Origin: an uncultured Clostridia bacterium
GTDB taxonomy: Bacteria > Bacillota > Clostridia > Oscillospirales > Acutalibacteraceae
Length of the DNA: 64,000 nucleotides
Assembly: GCA_937876375.1 (NCBI GenBank)
Contig: CALEHY010000019.1
Location: 3,858-67,857, forward strand
Direction: 5' to 3'
The notes beneath the pieces are model-generated. The model saw nothing but the letters and a program-made list of their open reading frames with translations, was not told where the DNA came from and ran no database searches. Of this stretch, positions 11,601 to 19,318 are shown in pieces. How positions within the stretch are numbered: position 1 is the stretch's first letter; each line of letters opens with the position of its first letter. Position numbers and translations under genes: made by a program.

Positions 11601-12192
11601 CACTGTTGATTTTGTCAAGATACTCACGAAGAGAGTCGATAAGCTGACCCTCGTAAGCCTCGATATAATCAGCAATGAACGAATCAGAGCCAAGAGCTGC
11701 TGTAACGATGCTAACGATAGCCTCTGTATCAAGTGTATCAACATTGACATAATCGTTGAACAATGCCTTCTCGATAACTGACGCAATAGCACCACCGATG
11801 ATAGGGATAGTCTTTACCTCGTTATCAATCCAAGCGTGGATAACAGCACCCTTTGATGAGTCGAACGCCTTTACAACACCCTCTTGTGTAACGTCAACAA
11901 GTGCAGGAGCATCACTGTACCACTTAACACGACCATTGTCTGGCCATGTAGAGTCGATAAGCTTGTATGTAAGCTTTAGCTCATCACCCTCGTACATATA
12001 CTCGTGATACTCGGTTTCACCGTCCTCACCATATGTAGGAACGATTGTGTTTGTATCAGCATAAAAAATCTGAATGTTGTAGAATCCCTCTACACCATCA
12101 GCAGCGAATGCAGACATGGCTGGAATAATACCACTTACAGCCATTAGCACCGACAGCAATATGCTGATAACCCTTTTCTGTGTGTTTCTCAT
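5653..12192 (-). CDS. Giant secreted protein (~2180 aa) of Ig-like (Big_2) domains alternating with five FIVAR-like helical bundles
   Basis: Signal peptide MRNTQKR...AFA; many W.SS.PSVATVD..G.V repeats; helical repeats such as SQTQIDNITFNL, NQSEVNAQYNSL, TQEEVDAMYAEL; GGAGG RBS before 12192. Confidence 0.85.
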   Translation of the reverse strand: MRNTQKRVISILLSVLMAVSGIIPAMSAFAADGVEGFYNIQIFYADTNTIVPTYGEDGETEYHEYMYEGDELKLTYKLIDSTWPDNGRVKWYSDAPALVDVTQEGVVKAFDSSKGAVIHAWIDNEVKTIPIIGGAIASVIEKALFNDYVNVDTLDTEAIVSIVTAALGSDSFIADYIEAYEGQLIDSLREYLDKINSVIHCELYDGSGAKVAEDSVRIDVLRNQEWYANFLPNGTHITNKSQIPTTQAKGNSVQLYAITTPQRLNFGVVYSVKSTSIFSTGRSVATVSDGGLVTFRNTGTATILVSPDSEQVIQKILEMVNYFYKLENTGTLNTDKIADVLIKYMGIDINRAVLAGILDAAFAIYKVAGDAADPVQLTATAVEVLANIILQMAYNDSITFTVVESTPITAFELGGVKTVKEGTQTQLTIDNMEPSTGDKSDLVWESSDPSIASVDENGIVTGLDAGGSLGQLSSQQVEITCTSTTNNVSRTVTVTVTGKTGKYISGVNINGPDTVEIGKEQKYSYSIFPSRVAEADNLYVSWGMRTGEDEDGNPTYTWADKDNPVTDGVGKIDYKGNYSTVTGGASTIAIMAKTGYYLSNGEFFEISKKITEKEIKTGIPVERIDIRVTGGTGVGDKSIDSDKKVTINGVEYEYATAQIGVATAYDGKGAAFSADVYPKDATNARVKWVIDNNDVYRQEDLSDDTHTVKIKQKAAREYADTFNIYAVSEDGRVMSNVITVCVTRNMATGNKIDASKVDMLNGQVQDLTHTMSFNGSWTGGAYACYKCNWYSSDEDIVSVSQKGNDNRDAVLKANDVGTATIYCVSADGAFVDSVDVQVRPDKTYLKEIIDLCDKTIVYQTADNKADYKKYMRKLDLAYIIYYEEEMASQSACDTYAKELLYAFIRVGGFVGINKVDILGTGKTQLDSDYVSVKVSSTKSYKTYKYDFDYAVTPKNAMYSKVEWTSSNDSVTVDKNGVCTPTNNGACTADITCTITDYNGTTVSTTKTVAFARTKATGVVLDTDQIIGAKIGETRQLKATVQPTNALGNSSASVTSVKWYSSNPNVASVDKNGVVTYLYGGNTMIHCVTDDGGYEAMCYINVVTNYDALQLLVNQYNDLQLNSVNYYPETWKAYTNAKLKAQNMLIKKGYTQEEVDAMYAELEDAYKGLKKYVYINNVELYLDGEATSDFYQYDLSLLKEGVSYKNAKLNLKVRLYPNNASYQRVIWESETDLISVTTDGVASPTSNKSCYGLIKCTVIDHYGNSFSDTVWVSFSYRPVTGVTVPDDSINGGVGATYQLTCSIEPVGTGLLHVGAADIQDYYWESDDESIATVSETGLVTFVSAGSTVVRCVSYDGGHKDEVIVSTDGDRSSLNAAIEKYKDTDYRNYEYSYAVSFKNAYDIAVSALNNNQLSQTQIDNITFNLNSAGEALAAHPYISVQNIPVSYQTYKRSTSLGGFNEVTSGTVSSSDALSVNLSNNYSSTNSNNMVKLSAGASPSNAMYKTIVWSTVESYQMDVDIDGTDIYLIPSKNDGAYAIMRATVTDHFDRQTTRTVYVVMADNTVTGLTLNSSSNITMYATASPVQINTTLGGTPRFETIYYTSSDDSIATVSNTGLITPVDTGRATITVKTLDGGYTKTINLTINTDFSKLAEKVREYSSLIGNVTDDYVYTEESLSRLQQEVSSADALVKDGKANQSEVNAQYNSLVNAYNSLVKYVTVEGVKITLDEDDETKAVTEPNPGFIRYTGTTINGRTVQLKYTTTPANAHYKNLEWVSDSDSITVDETGLVANTGATSGVAKITCLVTNNHDQVFSSSVYVSFVRNGVKDVTFAEKLIFGAPQEIKNVNANLNQGTIIGVVNDCLYESSNPSVATVDEKGNVTFITQGKSIITVTALDGGYKGTIEVQTTWDTGALQEAIAQASGIDYMDYEYSYGMEFKNAYDHAVEVYNEPLSLQGTIDDACNRLVEAQTNLDGHDFITPEVTLVANGKDVENGKAYEVDGNNAIKFTYKLNDGAMYKSVDISTKSEGVSVAKNSDGITVTRNKAVDTPIALDIKIIDTYDREINSTLNIKMVDEIINIKEIQLFADGQLVGSSIAKTFKSYTEFDGMQLSYMVVSPENATAPASVTWKTSNANAFKIDENGYLTLTSFVLRSYTTNITCTVTNSDGSTVTKTLSVTISRA

Positions 12193-12406
12193 AATATCTT
12201 CCTCCAAGGAAATCTTACTCTATATTATATATAAATATATAATTACAGAATTACAATCATTATATATCCAACAAAACATTTCGTCAACATTTGTTGGATT
12301 TAGTGCCCTTTGGTGATTTGCACAAAGTTTTGCAGCCATTATTGTCTATTGTGTCTACTCGCTCTCTATATTTGGTGTTACTTACACGACAAATGTAGCA
12401 TATATA

Positions 12407-12440
12407 GAAAAATGCACCCTAAAAATAGGGTGCAAAAAAA
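12407..12440 (-). terminator. Terminator after the PAS gene
   Basis: TGCACCCTA-AAAA-TAGGGTGCA flanked by A-runs. Confidence 0.75.
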
Positions 12441-12479
12441 TATTTTTATCTAATTAACAAAAAAGCAATAATGTTAACA

Positions 12480-13625
12480 CTAAAAGTCACTCTCTGAACG
12501 AATAGTACGCACGTCATTGAGCAGACCAATCATCGATTTTTCACCAGTTAAAAGCTCAACTCTCTTGCGTCGATCGACCACAACAAGCTGTTCGCCAGAC
12601 TTCGTTTTGATAGAATATGTCAGTTTAATTACTGGACTATCTAGCTGGTTTTTGATGCTTTTCTTTGCGATTTCTAGCTCGTTTATCGAGATTAATCGTG
12701 ACAAATCACCATCATATTTTTCAAAAAGCTCTGCTCTGGAATAGCCAATTAGTCGCATAAAATCTTCGCTAACAATATTGAGCTGAAACGGCTCATCATA
12801 CCCTGTAACAAACAGTGGACCAGGCACATTTTTGAGCACAGAAACGAGCATTTGGCGTTGCTTATCCACCTCTTGCTCTGCATTTTTTATCGACGTAATA
12901 TCACTAAAAATAGCATGAAAAATAGGGCAATTATCCTTGTCATATCGCTGGATTGCAGCGTCCATCTTGCACCATATAAACTGGTCCTTGTGGGTGATGA
13001 TTCGCAGCTCTATATTGATAGGCTTTTTTGTCGCCATAGACTGTCCGATTGCTTGGAATGCACGGCTCTTGTCCTCTGGATGAATGAGCTCGTCAATCCT
13101 GTGTGCAGATGAGAGCATAGCCTCCTTAGTAGTGCCAAAATATTCACAGCAAGCAGCATTTGCATACAGTGCCTCAAAATGCATATTTTGGTTAACCTTG
13201 AACAGACAAACGCCACCAGTAACGAGGTCGATAAGGTGGTTCATCTCCTTTGCCTTCGCCTTAAGTGCCTTCTCCCTTTCGACCGAGCGAGTGACGTCAG
13301 CCATAGTCAGATGACATAGGCTACTATCCGGCAAATTAACACCAGTACAATGAACAAGTGACATATTATCATCCTTGTCCTTAATATAAAAATCGAGATA
13401 CACATAAGGAGAGTTCTTCTTGCAAATAGTCTGCATTATTCGTTCTCTATCCTGTGGCACAAGAAGATCCAAAAAAGACAGCTTGCCCTGTTTAATTTTT
13501 GATGGATGAACGCCAACAAAATCGCTAAAATGTGTGTCAGACTCCTTGACACAAAGGTTGTCAACCTTGTCGATAACACAGCTCATAAATTCGACATTGT
13601 AAGCCAAGCTTTCGGCGTTATTCAT
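12480..13625 (-). CDS. Cytoplasmic multi-PAS domain protein without an obvious output domain
   Basis: LVPQDRERI, YANAACCEYFG...IHPEDKSR...WCK...FSDIT, VSEDFMRLIGYSRAEL PAS signatures; no HisKA/GGDEF follows. Confidence 0.8.
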   Translation of the reverse strand: MNNAESLAYNVEFMSCVIDKVDNLCVKESDTHFSDFVGVHPSKIKQGKLSFLDLLVPQDRERIMQTICKKNSPYVYLDFYIKDKDDNMSLVHCTGVNLPDSSLCHLTMADVTRSVEREKALKAKAKEMNHLIDLVTGGVCLFKVNQNMHFEALYANAACCEYFGTTKEAMLSSAHRIDELIHPEDKSRAFQAIGQSMATKKPINIELRIITHKDQFIWCKMDAAIQRYDKDNCPIFHAIFSDITSIKNAEQEVDKQRQMLVSVLKNVPGPLFVTGYDEPFQLNIVSEDFMRLIGYSRAELFEKYDGDLSRLISINELEIAKKSIKNQLDSPVIKLTYSIKTKSGEQLVVVDRRKRVELLTGEKSMIGLLNDVRTIRSESDF

Positions 13626-13773
13626 AGCATCACTCCCCCTTTCATACATATTCGTTTTGCCATTTTTTCATTACCATTATAGCAAATGTCTGTACAAAAA
13701 TAAAGCATTTGGCTCTCATTTAACAAAGAATTTATAATTCGACAATTTCCACTATATAAGGTTAAAATATTTA

Positions 13774-13802
13774 TTGAAATTATATATTAAGTGTGTTATC
13801 AT
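13774..13802 (+). promoter_or_regulatory. Sigma-A promoter of purL
   Basis: TTGAAA-17 bp-(TG)TATCAT. Confidence 0.55.
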
Positions 13803-13831
13803 ATACCCAATATATTTTAAGGAGTACATAT

Positions 13832-16800
13832 ATGGCAAAGGTTTATCGTGTATTTGTAGAAAAAAAGAAAGGCAACGATATCGAGGCTGGCCACGCTTTA
13901 GCCGACCTAAAGAGCAATGTTGGTATCACTGGACTAGAGGAGCTAAGGATTATCAACAGATATGACGCTCAGGGTCTTACTGACGAGGAGTTTGACAGTG
14001 CTGTAAAGCAGGTATTCTCAGAGGCTAACCTTGACAATGTATATTATGATATCAGCTTTGATGAGGGCTGGAGATATTTTGCTACAGAATATCTACCAGG
14101 TCAGTACGACCAGAGAGCTGATAGTGCTGCACAATGTATTCAGCTACTTACTGCTGGTGAAAGACCAGCTGTCACCTCTGCAAAGGTTATCGCTGTAAAG
14201 GGCGATATCACTGATGAGGAGTTCGACAAGATTAAATCATATATCATCAACCCAGTGGAGAGCCGTGTGGCATCAATGGATTTGCCAGAGTCACTAGATA
14301 TCAAGGCTAATATGCCTGCTGATATCGCTCGTATTACTGGCTTTATCGCTATGAGCGATGAGGAGATTGCTGCTTACCACGCAGAGATGGGTCTTGCTAT
14401 GAGCGTAGCAGATTTGTGCTGGGTAAGAGATTATTTCAAGAATGATGAAAACCGTGATCCAAGCCTTACAGAGATTAAGGTTATCGACACATACTGGTCC
14501 GATCACTGTCGTCACACTACCTTTGCCACACAGCTAGACGAAATCAAGATTGACGAGGGCAAGTACTCAAAGGCTATCGAAAAGGCATTAGAGGAGTATT
14601 TTGCTATCAGAGCCGAAGTATATGGCGATAGAAAAGACAAGATTGTATGCCTAATGGATATGGCTTGCATCGGTACAAAGGTACTAAAGAAGAGAGGCTT
14701 TGTTGACGACCTTGACGAGAGTGAGGAGATTAACGCTTGCTCTATCAACGCTATGGTCGATATCGATGGCAAAAAGGAGCCATGGCTAATTCAGTTTAAG
14801 AACGAGACACACAACCACCCTACAGAGATTGAGCCATTCGGTGGTGCTGCAACCTGTCTTGGTGGTGCTATTCGTGACCCACTATCAGGTAGAGCATATG
14901 TATACCAGGCTATGCGTGTTACTGGTGCTGGCGACCCAACCACCTCATTCGAGGACACATTGGACGCAAAGCTACCACAAAGCAAAATCACCACTGGTGC
15001 TGCACAGGGCTATTCATCATATGGTAACCAAATCGGTCTTGCTACCGGTCAGGTTGTTGAGCTATATGACGAGGGCTATGTTGCAAAGAGAATGGAGATC
15101 GGTGCTGTAATCGGTGCATCTCCAAAATCAAATGTTATCCGTGAGGTACCACAGAACGAGGATATCATCATCCTACTAGGTGGTAGAACTGGTCGTGACG
15201 GCTGTGGTGGTGCTACTGGCTCATCAAAGGCTCACAACTCACAGTCTATCGAGACATGTGGTGCAGAGGTACAAAAGGGTAACCCTCCTACAGAGCGCAA
15301 AATTCAGCGTCTATTCCGTAACCCAGAGGTTGCTAGAATGATTAAGCGTTGCAACGACTTTGGTGCTGGTGGCGTGTCAGTTGCTATCGGTGAGCTTGCA
15401 GATGGTCTAAAGATTGACCTTGACGCTGTGCCAAAGAAATATGATGGTCTTGACGGAACAGAGCTTGCTATCTCCGAGTCACAGGAGAGAATGGCTGTTG
15501 TTGTTGACAAGGCTGACGTTGACAAGTTCACAAAGCTTGCTAACGAGGAGAACCTAGAGGCAACAGTAGTTGCTGTTGTAACAGATAAGAACAGACTAGA
15601 AATGACATGGAGAGGCGACAAAATCGTTGACCTCAGCCGTGATTTCCTAAATACAAACGGTGTTGTTCAGCATGCCAAGGCAGAGATTGCTGCTATCGAT
15701 GATGACAGCTATCGCACCTCTGTTCCAGAGGCATTAAAGGGTATGTCCAACGCTGACGCACTAAAGGCTAACCTATCAAGACTAGAGGTATGTAGCCAAA
15801 AGGGTCTTGTTGAGCGTTTTGACTCATCAATCGGTGCTGCTACAGTACTTATGCCATATGCTGGTGAGTATCAGCTTACACCAGAGGAGGCTATGGTAGC
15901 AAAGGTGCCACTACTAGAGGGTGAGACCGACACTGCTACAGCAATGGCTTATGGCTTCATTCCAAAGCTATCACGCTGGTCACCATTCCATTCATCAGCA
16001 TTCGCTGTGACCGAGTCACTAGCAAAGCTTGCTGCTGTTGGTTGTGATCCTAGCAAGGCTAGACTAACATTCCAAGAATATTTTGAGAGATTAAACGATG
16101 TTCCAACTCGTTGGGGTAAGCCAGCATCTGCACTACTCGGTGCGCTAACAGCACAGGTTGGCTACAAAACACCATCAATCGGTGGTAAGGACAGTATGTC
16201 AGGCTCATTCAACGAGCTAGACGTTCCACCAACACTTGTATCATTCGCTGTTGGTATGACAGAGGCATCAAAGACTGCATCTGCACAGTTCAAGAGAGCT
16301 GGCTCTACAGTAAAGCTTGTACCTATCCCAGTAGATGAGGAGTCTGGACTACCAGCATACGAGGACGCTATGGACCTTATGGTCAGCGTTGCAAACGCTG
16401 TTCGTGATGGCTCTGTGCTTGCTGCTGGCGTAGTAAAAGAGGGTGGCGCTGCTGCTACTGTATGTAAGATGGCATTCGGTAACAAGACCGGATTCACATT
16501 CGCACAAGGTCTATCAGCAGAAACACTATTCGCCCCTATGCAGGGTAGCTTCGTTCTTGAGCTTGCTGATGAGGGTGCGTTCGATGGTATCACACTTGGT
16601 ACAACAAACGACAACAGTGTGTTCATCATTGACGGTGCTATCCACACCTGTGATGATTTGATTGACGAGTGGACTGGCAAGCTAGAAAAGGTATTCCCTA
16701 CAGACAGTGGCAAGAAGGCAAAGATGCCAGAGGTTGCACCACTATACAAGGAGCGTAGCATCTTCGTAGCAAAGAACAAGGTTGCTAGACCAAAGGTATT

Positions 16801-17584
16801 CATTCCAGCATTCCCTGGTACAAACTGTGAGGTCGATACAGCTAGAGCATTCGAAAAGGCTGGTGCAGAGGCATCTATCCTAGTTGTCAACAACCTAACA
16901 CCTAGCGCTATCAACGAAACTATCGACAAGATGGTCAAGGAGATTGAAACTAGCCAAATCGTTATGCTACCAGGTGGATTCAGTGGTGGTGATGAGCCAG
17001 AGGGTTCTGGTAAATTCATCGCTACAACATTCCGCAATCCAAAGGTATCAGAGGCTATCTCAAAGCACCTAAATTGTAACGACGGTCTAATGCTCGGTAT
17101 CTGCAACGGTTTCCAGGCACTCATCAAGCTTGGTCTTGTACCATATGGTGAAATCGTTGATATCAAGGATACTGACCCAACACTAACATTTAACACAATC
17201 GGCAGACATATATCTTCTATGGCATACACTAGAGTAACAAGCGTTAAGTCACCTTGGTTCTCTGCTGTTAATGCTGGCGACGTATTCGCAATTCCTATCA
17301 GTCATGGTGAGGGTAGATTCGTTGCAAACGACGATGTTATGAAGAAACTTATCGCAAACGGACAGGTCGCTACACAGTATGTCAACCTTGATGGTGAGGT
17401 ATGTGACGATATGCCATTCAATCCAAACGGCTCTGTATGTGCTGTTGAGGGTATCACCTCACCAGACGGTAGAGTTCTTGGTAAGATGGGTCACTGTGAG
17501 CGTAAGGGCGACAACCTATATACCAATGTTCCATTCGAAAAGGATATGAAGCTGTTCGAGAGTGGAGTAAATTACTTTAAATAA
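13832..17584 (+). CDS. purL: Phosphoribosylformylglycinamidine synthase (large, fused clostridial type)
   Basis: YWSDHCRH, FKNETHNHPTEIEPFGGAATCLGGAIRD, CNDFGAGG, FPGTNCE, LGICNGFQ, SHGEG, GKMGHCER; AAGGAG RBS. Confidence 0.98.
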   Translation: MAKVYRVFVEKKKGNDIEAGHALADLKSNVGITGLEELRIINRYDAQGLTDEEFDSAVKQVFSEANLDNVYYDISFDEGWRYFATEYLPGQYDQRADSAAQCIQLLTAGERPAVTSAKVIAVKGDITDEEFDKIKSYIINPVESRVASMDLPESLDIKANMPADIARITGFIAMSDEEIAAYHAEMGLAMSVADLCWVRDYFKNDENRDPSLTEIKVIDTYWSDHCRHTTFATQLDEIKIDEGKYSKAIEKALEEYFAIRAEVYGDRKDKIVCLMDMACIGTKVLKKRGFVDDLDESEEINACSINAMVDIDGKKEPWLIQFKNETHNHPTEIEPFGGAATCLGGAIRDPLSGRAYVYQAMRVTGAGDPTTSFEDTLDAKLPQSKITTGAAQGYSSYGNQIGLATGQVVELYDEGYVAKRMEIGAVIGASPKSNVIREVPQNEDIIILLGGRTGRDGCGGATGSSKAHNSQSIETCGAEVQKGNPPTERKIQRLFRNPEVARMIKRCNDFGAGGVSVAIGELADGLKIDLDAVPKKYDGLDGTELAISESQERMAVVVDKADVDKFTKLANEENLEATVVAVVTDKNRLEMTWRGDKIVDLSRDFLNTNGVVQHAKAEIAAIDDDSYRTSVPEALKGMSNADALKANLSRLEVCSQKGLVERFDSSIGAATVLMPYAGEYQLTPEEAMVAKVPLLEGETDTATAMAYGFIPKLSRWSPFHSSAFAVTESLAKLAAVGCDPSKARLTFQEYFERLNDVPTRWGKPASALLGALTAQVGYKTPSIGGKDSMSGSFNELDVPPTLVSFAVGMTEASKTASAQFKRAGSTVKLVPIPVDEESGLPAYEDAMDLMVSVANAVRDGSVLAAGVVKEGGAAATVCKMAFGNKTGFTFAQGLSAETLFAPMQGSFVLELADEGAFDGITLGTTNDNSVFIIDGAIHTCDDLIDEWTGKLEKVFPTDSGKKAKMPEVAPLYKERSIFVAKNKVARPKVFIPAFPGTNCEVDTARAFEKAGAEASILVVNNLTPSAINETIDKMVKEIETSQIVMLPGGFSGGDEPEGSGKFIATTFRNPKVSEAISKHLNCNDGLMLGICNGFQALIKLGLVPYGEIVDIKDTDPTLTFNTIGRHISSMAYTRVTSVKSPWFSAVNAGDVFAIPISHGEGRFVANDDVMKKLIANGQVATQYVNLDGEVCDDMPFNPNGSVCAVEGITSPDGRVLGKMGHCERKGDNLYTNVPFEKDMKLFESGVNYFK

Positions 17585-17588
17585 TTAA

Positions 17589-17612
17589 CGGACGAGCAAT
17601 GCTCGCCCCTAC
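17589..17612 (-). repeat. GTAG-type REP-like palindrome
   Basis: Reverse complement reads GTAGGGGCGAGCATTGCTCGTCCG: GTAG tetranucleotide followed by a GC-rich hairpin. Confidence 0.7.
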
Positions 17613-17618
17613 AATAAA

Positions 17619-17738
17619 AAATCGGTGATTTTTTTCGTTAGGCTAGGCTTTGGCAAAAGAAATAAGTGAGCATACTTGTTGTATGTGATTGAGATTGATT
17701 TTGCCAATAACGACGCATAACGGAAAAAGGCACGATTT
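17619..17738 (+). other. 120-bp nested-hairpin element (structured RNA or miniature repeat) directly before the apgM RBS
   Basis: Nested pairings AAATCG/CGATTT, TTTTTCGTTA/TAACGGAAAA, TTGGCAAAA/TTTTGCCAA, GCATAC/GTATGT. Confidence 0.6.
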
Positions 17739-17751
17739 GGAGGAATATGTT

Positions 17752-18972
17752 ATGAAATATGTTGTAGTTTTATACGACGGCATGGCTGACTACCCAGTGC
17801 CTGCACTTGACGGTAAGACACCTATGATGGTTGCAAACAAGCCAAATATGGATATGTTGGCAAAGCATGGTGAGGTTGGATTAATCCGTACTGTTGCAGA
17901 GGGTTTGAAGCCAGGCTCTGATGTTGCTAATATGAGCGTTATGGGATTCGACCCAATGAAATTCTATACTGGCAGAAGTCCATTAGAGGCTGCTAGCATC
18001 GGCATTGATATGAAAGCTAGTGATGTATCGCTAAGAACAAATTTGGTAACACTTAGCGAGGACGATTTGCCATACGAGGAAAAGACTATTGAGGACTACT
18101 GTGCAGATGATATCAGCACAGAAGAGGCAGAAATCCTCATCAATTATATAGAGGAAAAGCTAGGTAATGACGAGTTCAAGTTCTATCCTGGTGTTAGCTA
18201 TCGTCACTGTCTAATTTGGGACAATGGCACAACAGATTTGGGCAAGATGACACCACCTCACGATATCACTGGCAAGGTTATCACAGAGTATTTGAGCGAT
18301 AGCGAAAATGCAAAAGGTCTAATCGAGCTAATGAAAAAGAGCTACGATTTGCTAAAGGACCACCCAGTCAACATTGACCGTAAGGCAAGGGGCAAGAGAC
18401 CTGCTAACTCAATCTGGCTATGGGGTGAGGGCACACGACCAGCATTCGATAGCTTTGAAAACATTTATGGTATCAAGGGTGGCGTAGTATCTGCTGTTGA
18501 TTTAATCAAGGGCCTTGGTGGCTGTGCACGAATGGACGTTGCCGAGGTTGAGGGTGCTACAGGATATATCGACACAAACTTTGAGGGCAAGGCTAATGCT
18601 GGACTAGAGCTACTTGCTAAGGGTGATGATTTGGTATACATTCATTTTGAAGCTCCTGACGAGTGTGGTCACAGAAATGAGCCAGAAAACAAGGTTAGAG
18701 CTATCGAAATGATCGACGAAAGAGTGTTGCCAATCCTATTCGACGGTCTAAAGGAATATGACGACTACAAAATCCTTATTCTACCAGACCACCCTACCCC
18801 AATCGTTACAAGAACACACGCTAGTGACCCAGTGCCATATCTAATTTATCAAAAGAGCACTGCTGACACAACAGACAGTGGAGTTGACTCCATCAACGAG
18901 GAGACAGCAAAAGCTACTGGCAATTTTGTCGAGTTCGGTCCAAGCATTATGGGCAAGTTCCTAGGTAAGTAA
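17752..18972 (+). CDS. apgM: Cofactor-independent phosphoglycerate mutase (archaeal-type family)
   Basis: DGMAD, PGSDVANMS, GRSPLEAAS, HFEAPDECGH, PDHPTP..RTH; GGAGG RBS. Confidence 0.92.
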   Translation: MKYVVVLYDGMADYPVPALDGKTPMMVANKPNMDMLAKHGEVGLIRTVAEGLKPGSDVANMSVMGFDPMKFYTGRSPLEAASIGIDMKASDVSLRTNLVTLSEDDLPYEEKTIEDYCADDISTEEAEILINYIEEKLGNDEFKFYPGVSYRHCLIWDNGTTDLGKMTPPHDITGKVITEYLSDSENAKGLIELMKKSYDLLKDHPVNIDRKARGKRPANSIWLWGEGTRPAFDSFENIYGIKGGVVSAVDLIKGLGGCARMDVAEVEGATGYIDTNFEGKANAGLELLAKGDDLVYIHFEAPDECGHRNEPENKVRAIEMIDERVLPILFDGLKEYDDYKILILPDHPTPIVTRTHASDPVPYLIYQKSTADTTDSGVDSINEETAKATGNFVEFGPSIMGKFLGK

Positions 18973-18973
18973 T

Positions 18974-19270
18974 ATGGCAGAGCATAATCACACACACGCT
19001 CATCATCATAGTGAGGAGCACAGACGAGAGGTATCGAACAGACTAGCTCGTGCTATCGGTCATCTGAAAAAGGTAAAGCAGATGGTAGAGAACGACGAGG
19101 ACTGTAGCGACGTATTAATACAGCTTGCAGCAGTTAAATCTGCTATCAACAACACCGGCAAGGTGATACTAAAGGACCATATGGAGCACTGTATAGTCCA
19201 CGCTGTTGAGGACGGAGACACCGAGATGATTAACGAGCTCAACGACGCTATCGACAAGTTCATGAAATAA
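18974..19270 (+). CDS. CsoR/RcnR-family metal-sensing repressor with His-rich N-terminus
   Basis: NRLARAIGHL...DCSDVLIQLAAVKSA...DHMEHC; MAEHNHTHAHHH. Confidence 0.92.
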   Translation: MAEHNHTHAHHHSEEHRREVSNRLARAIGHLKKVKQMVENDEDCSDVLIQLAAVKSAINNTGKVILKDHMEHCIVHAVEDGDTEMINELNDAIDKFMK

Positions 19271-19271
19271 G

Positions 19272-19309
19272 AAAAACCAGCGTAGAAAATCTACGCTGGT
19301 TATTTTTTT
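19272..19309. terminator. Bidirectional terminator
   Basis: AACCAGCGTAGA-AAA-TCTACGCTGGTT between convergent genes, A/T runs on both sides. Confidence 0.85.
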
Positions 19310-19318
19310 GCCTATTGG

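Noticed and set aside
5653..12192. Classical cellulosomal scaffoldin
   Set aside because: Repeats look like Big_2 and FIVAR; no cohesin or CBM3 signature is recognisable by eye, and no cellulases are present.
585..12192. Diversity-generating retroelement or invertible locus acting on the surface genes
   Set aside because: No reverse transcriptase, no TR/VR pair differing at adenines, and no recombinase or inverted crossover sites were seen.
13650..13831. Purine or ZTP riboswitch upstream of purL
   Set aside because: The predicted promoter lies ~30 bp from the start codon, leaving no room, and no aptamer consensus is visible.
16162..17229. 355-aa antisense ORF in purL (likewise 34568..35305, 38009..38557 and other short track ORFs)
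   Set aside because: Shadow frames of strongly biased sense genes, with no RBS or recognisable motifs.
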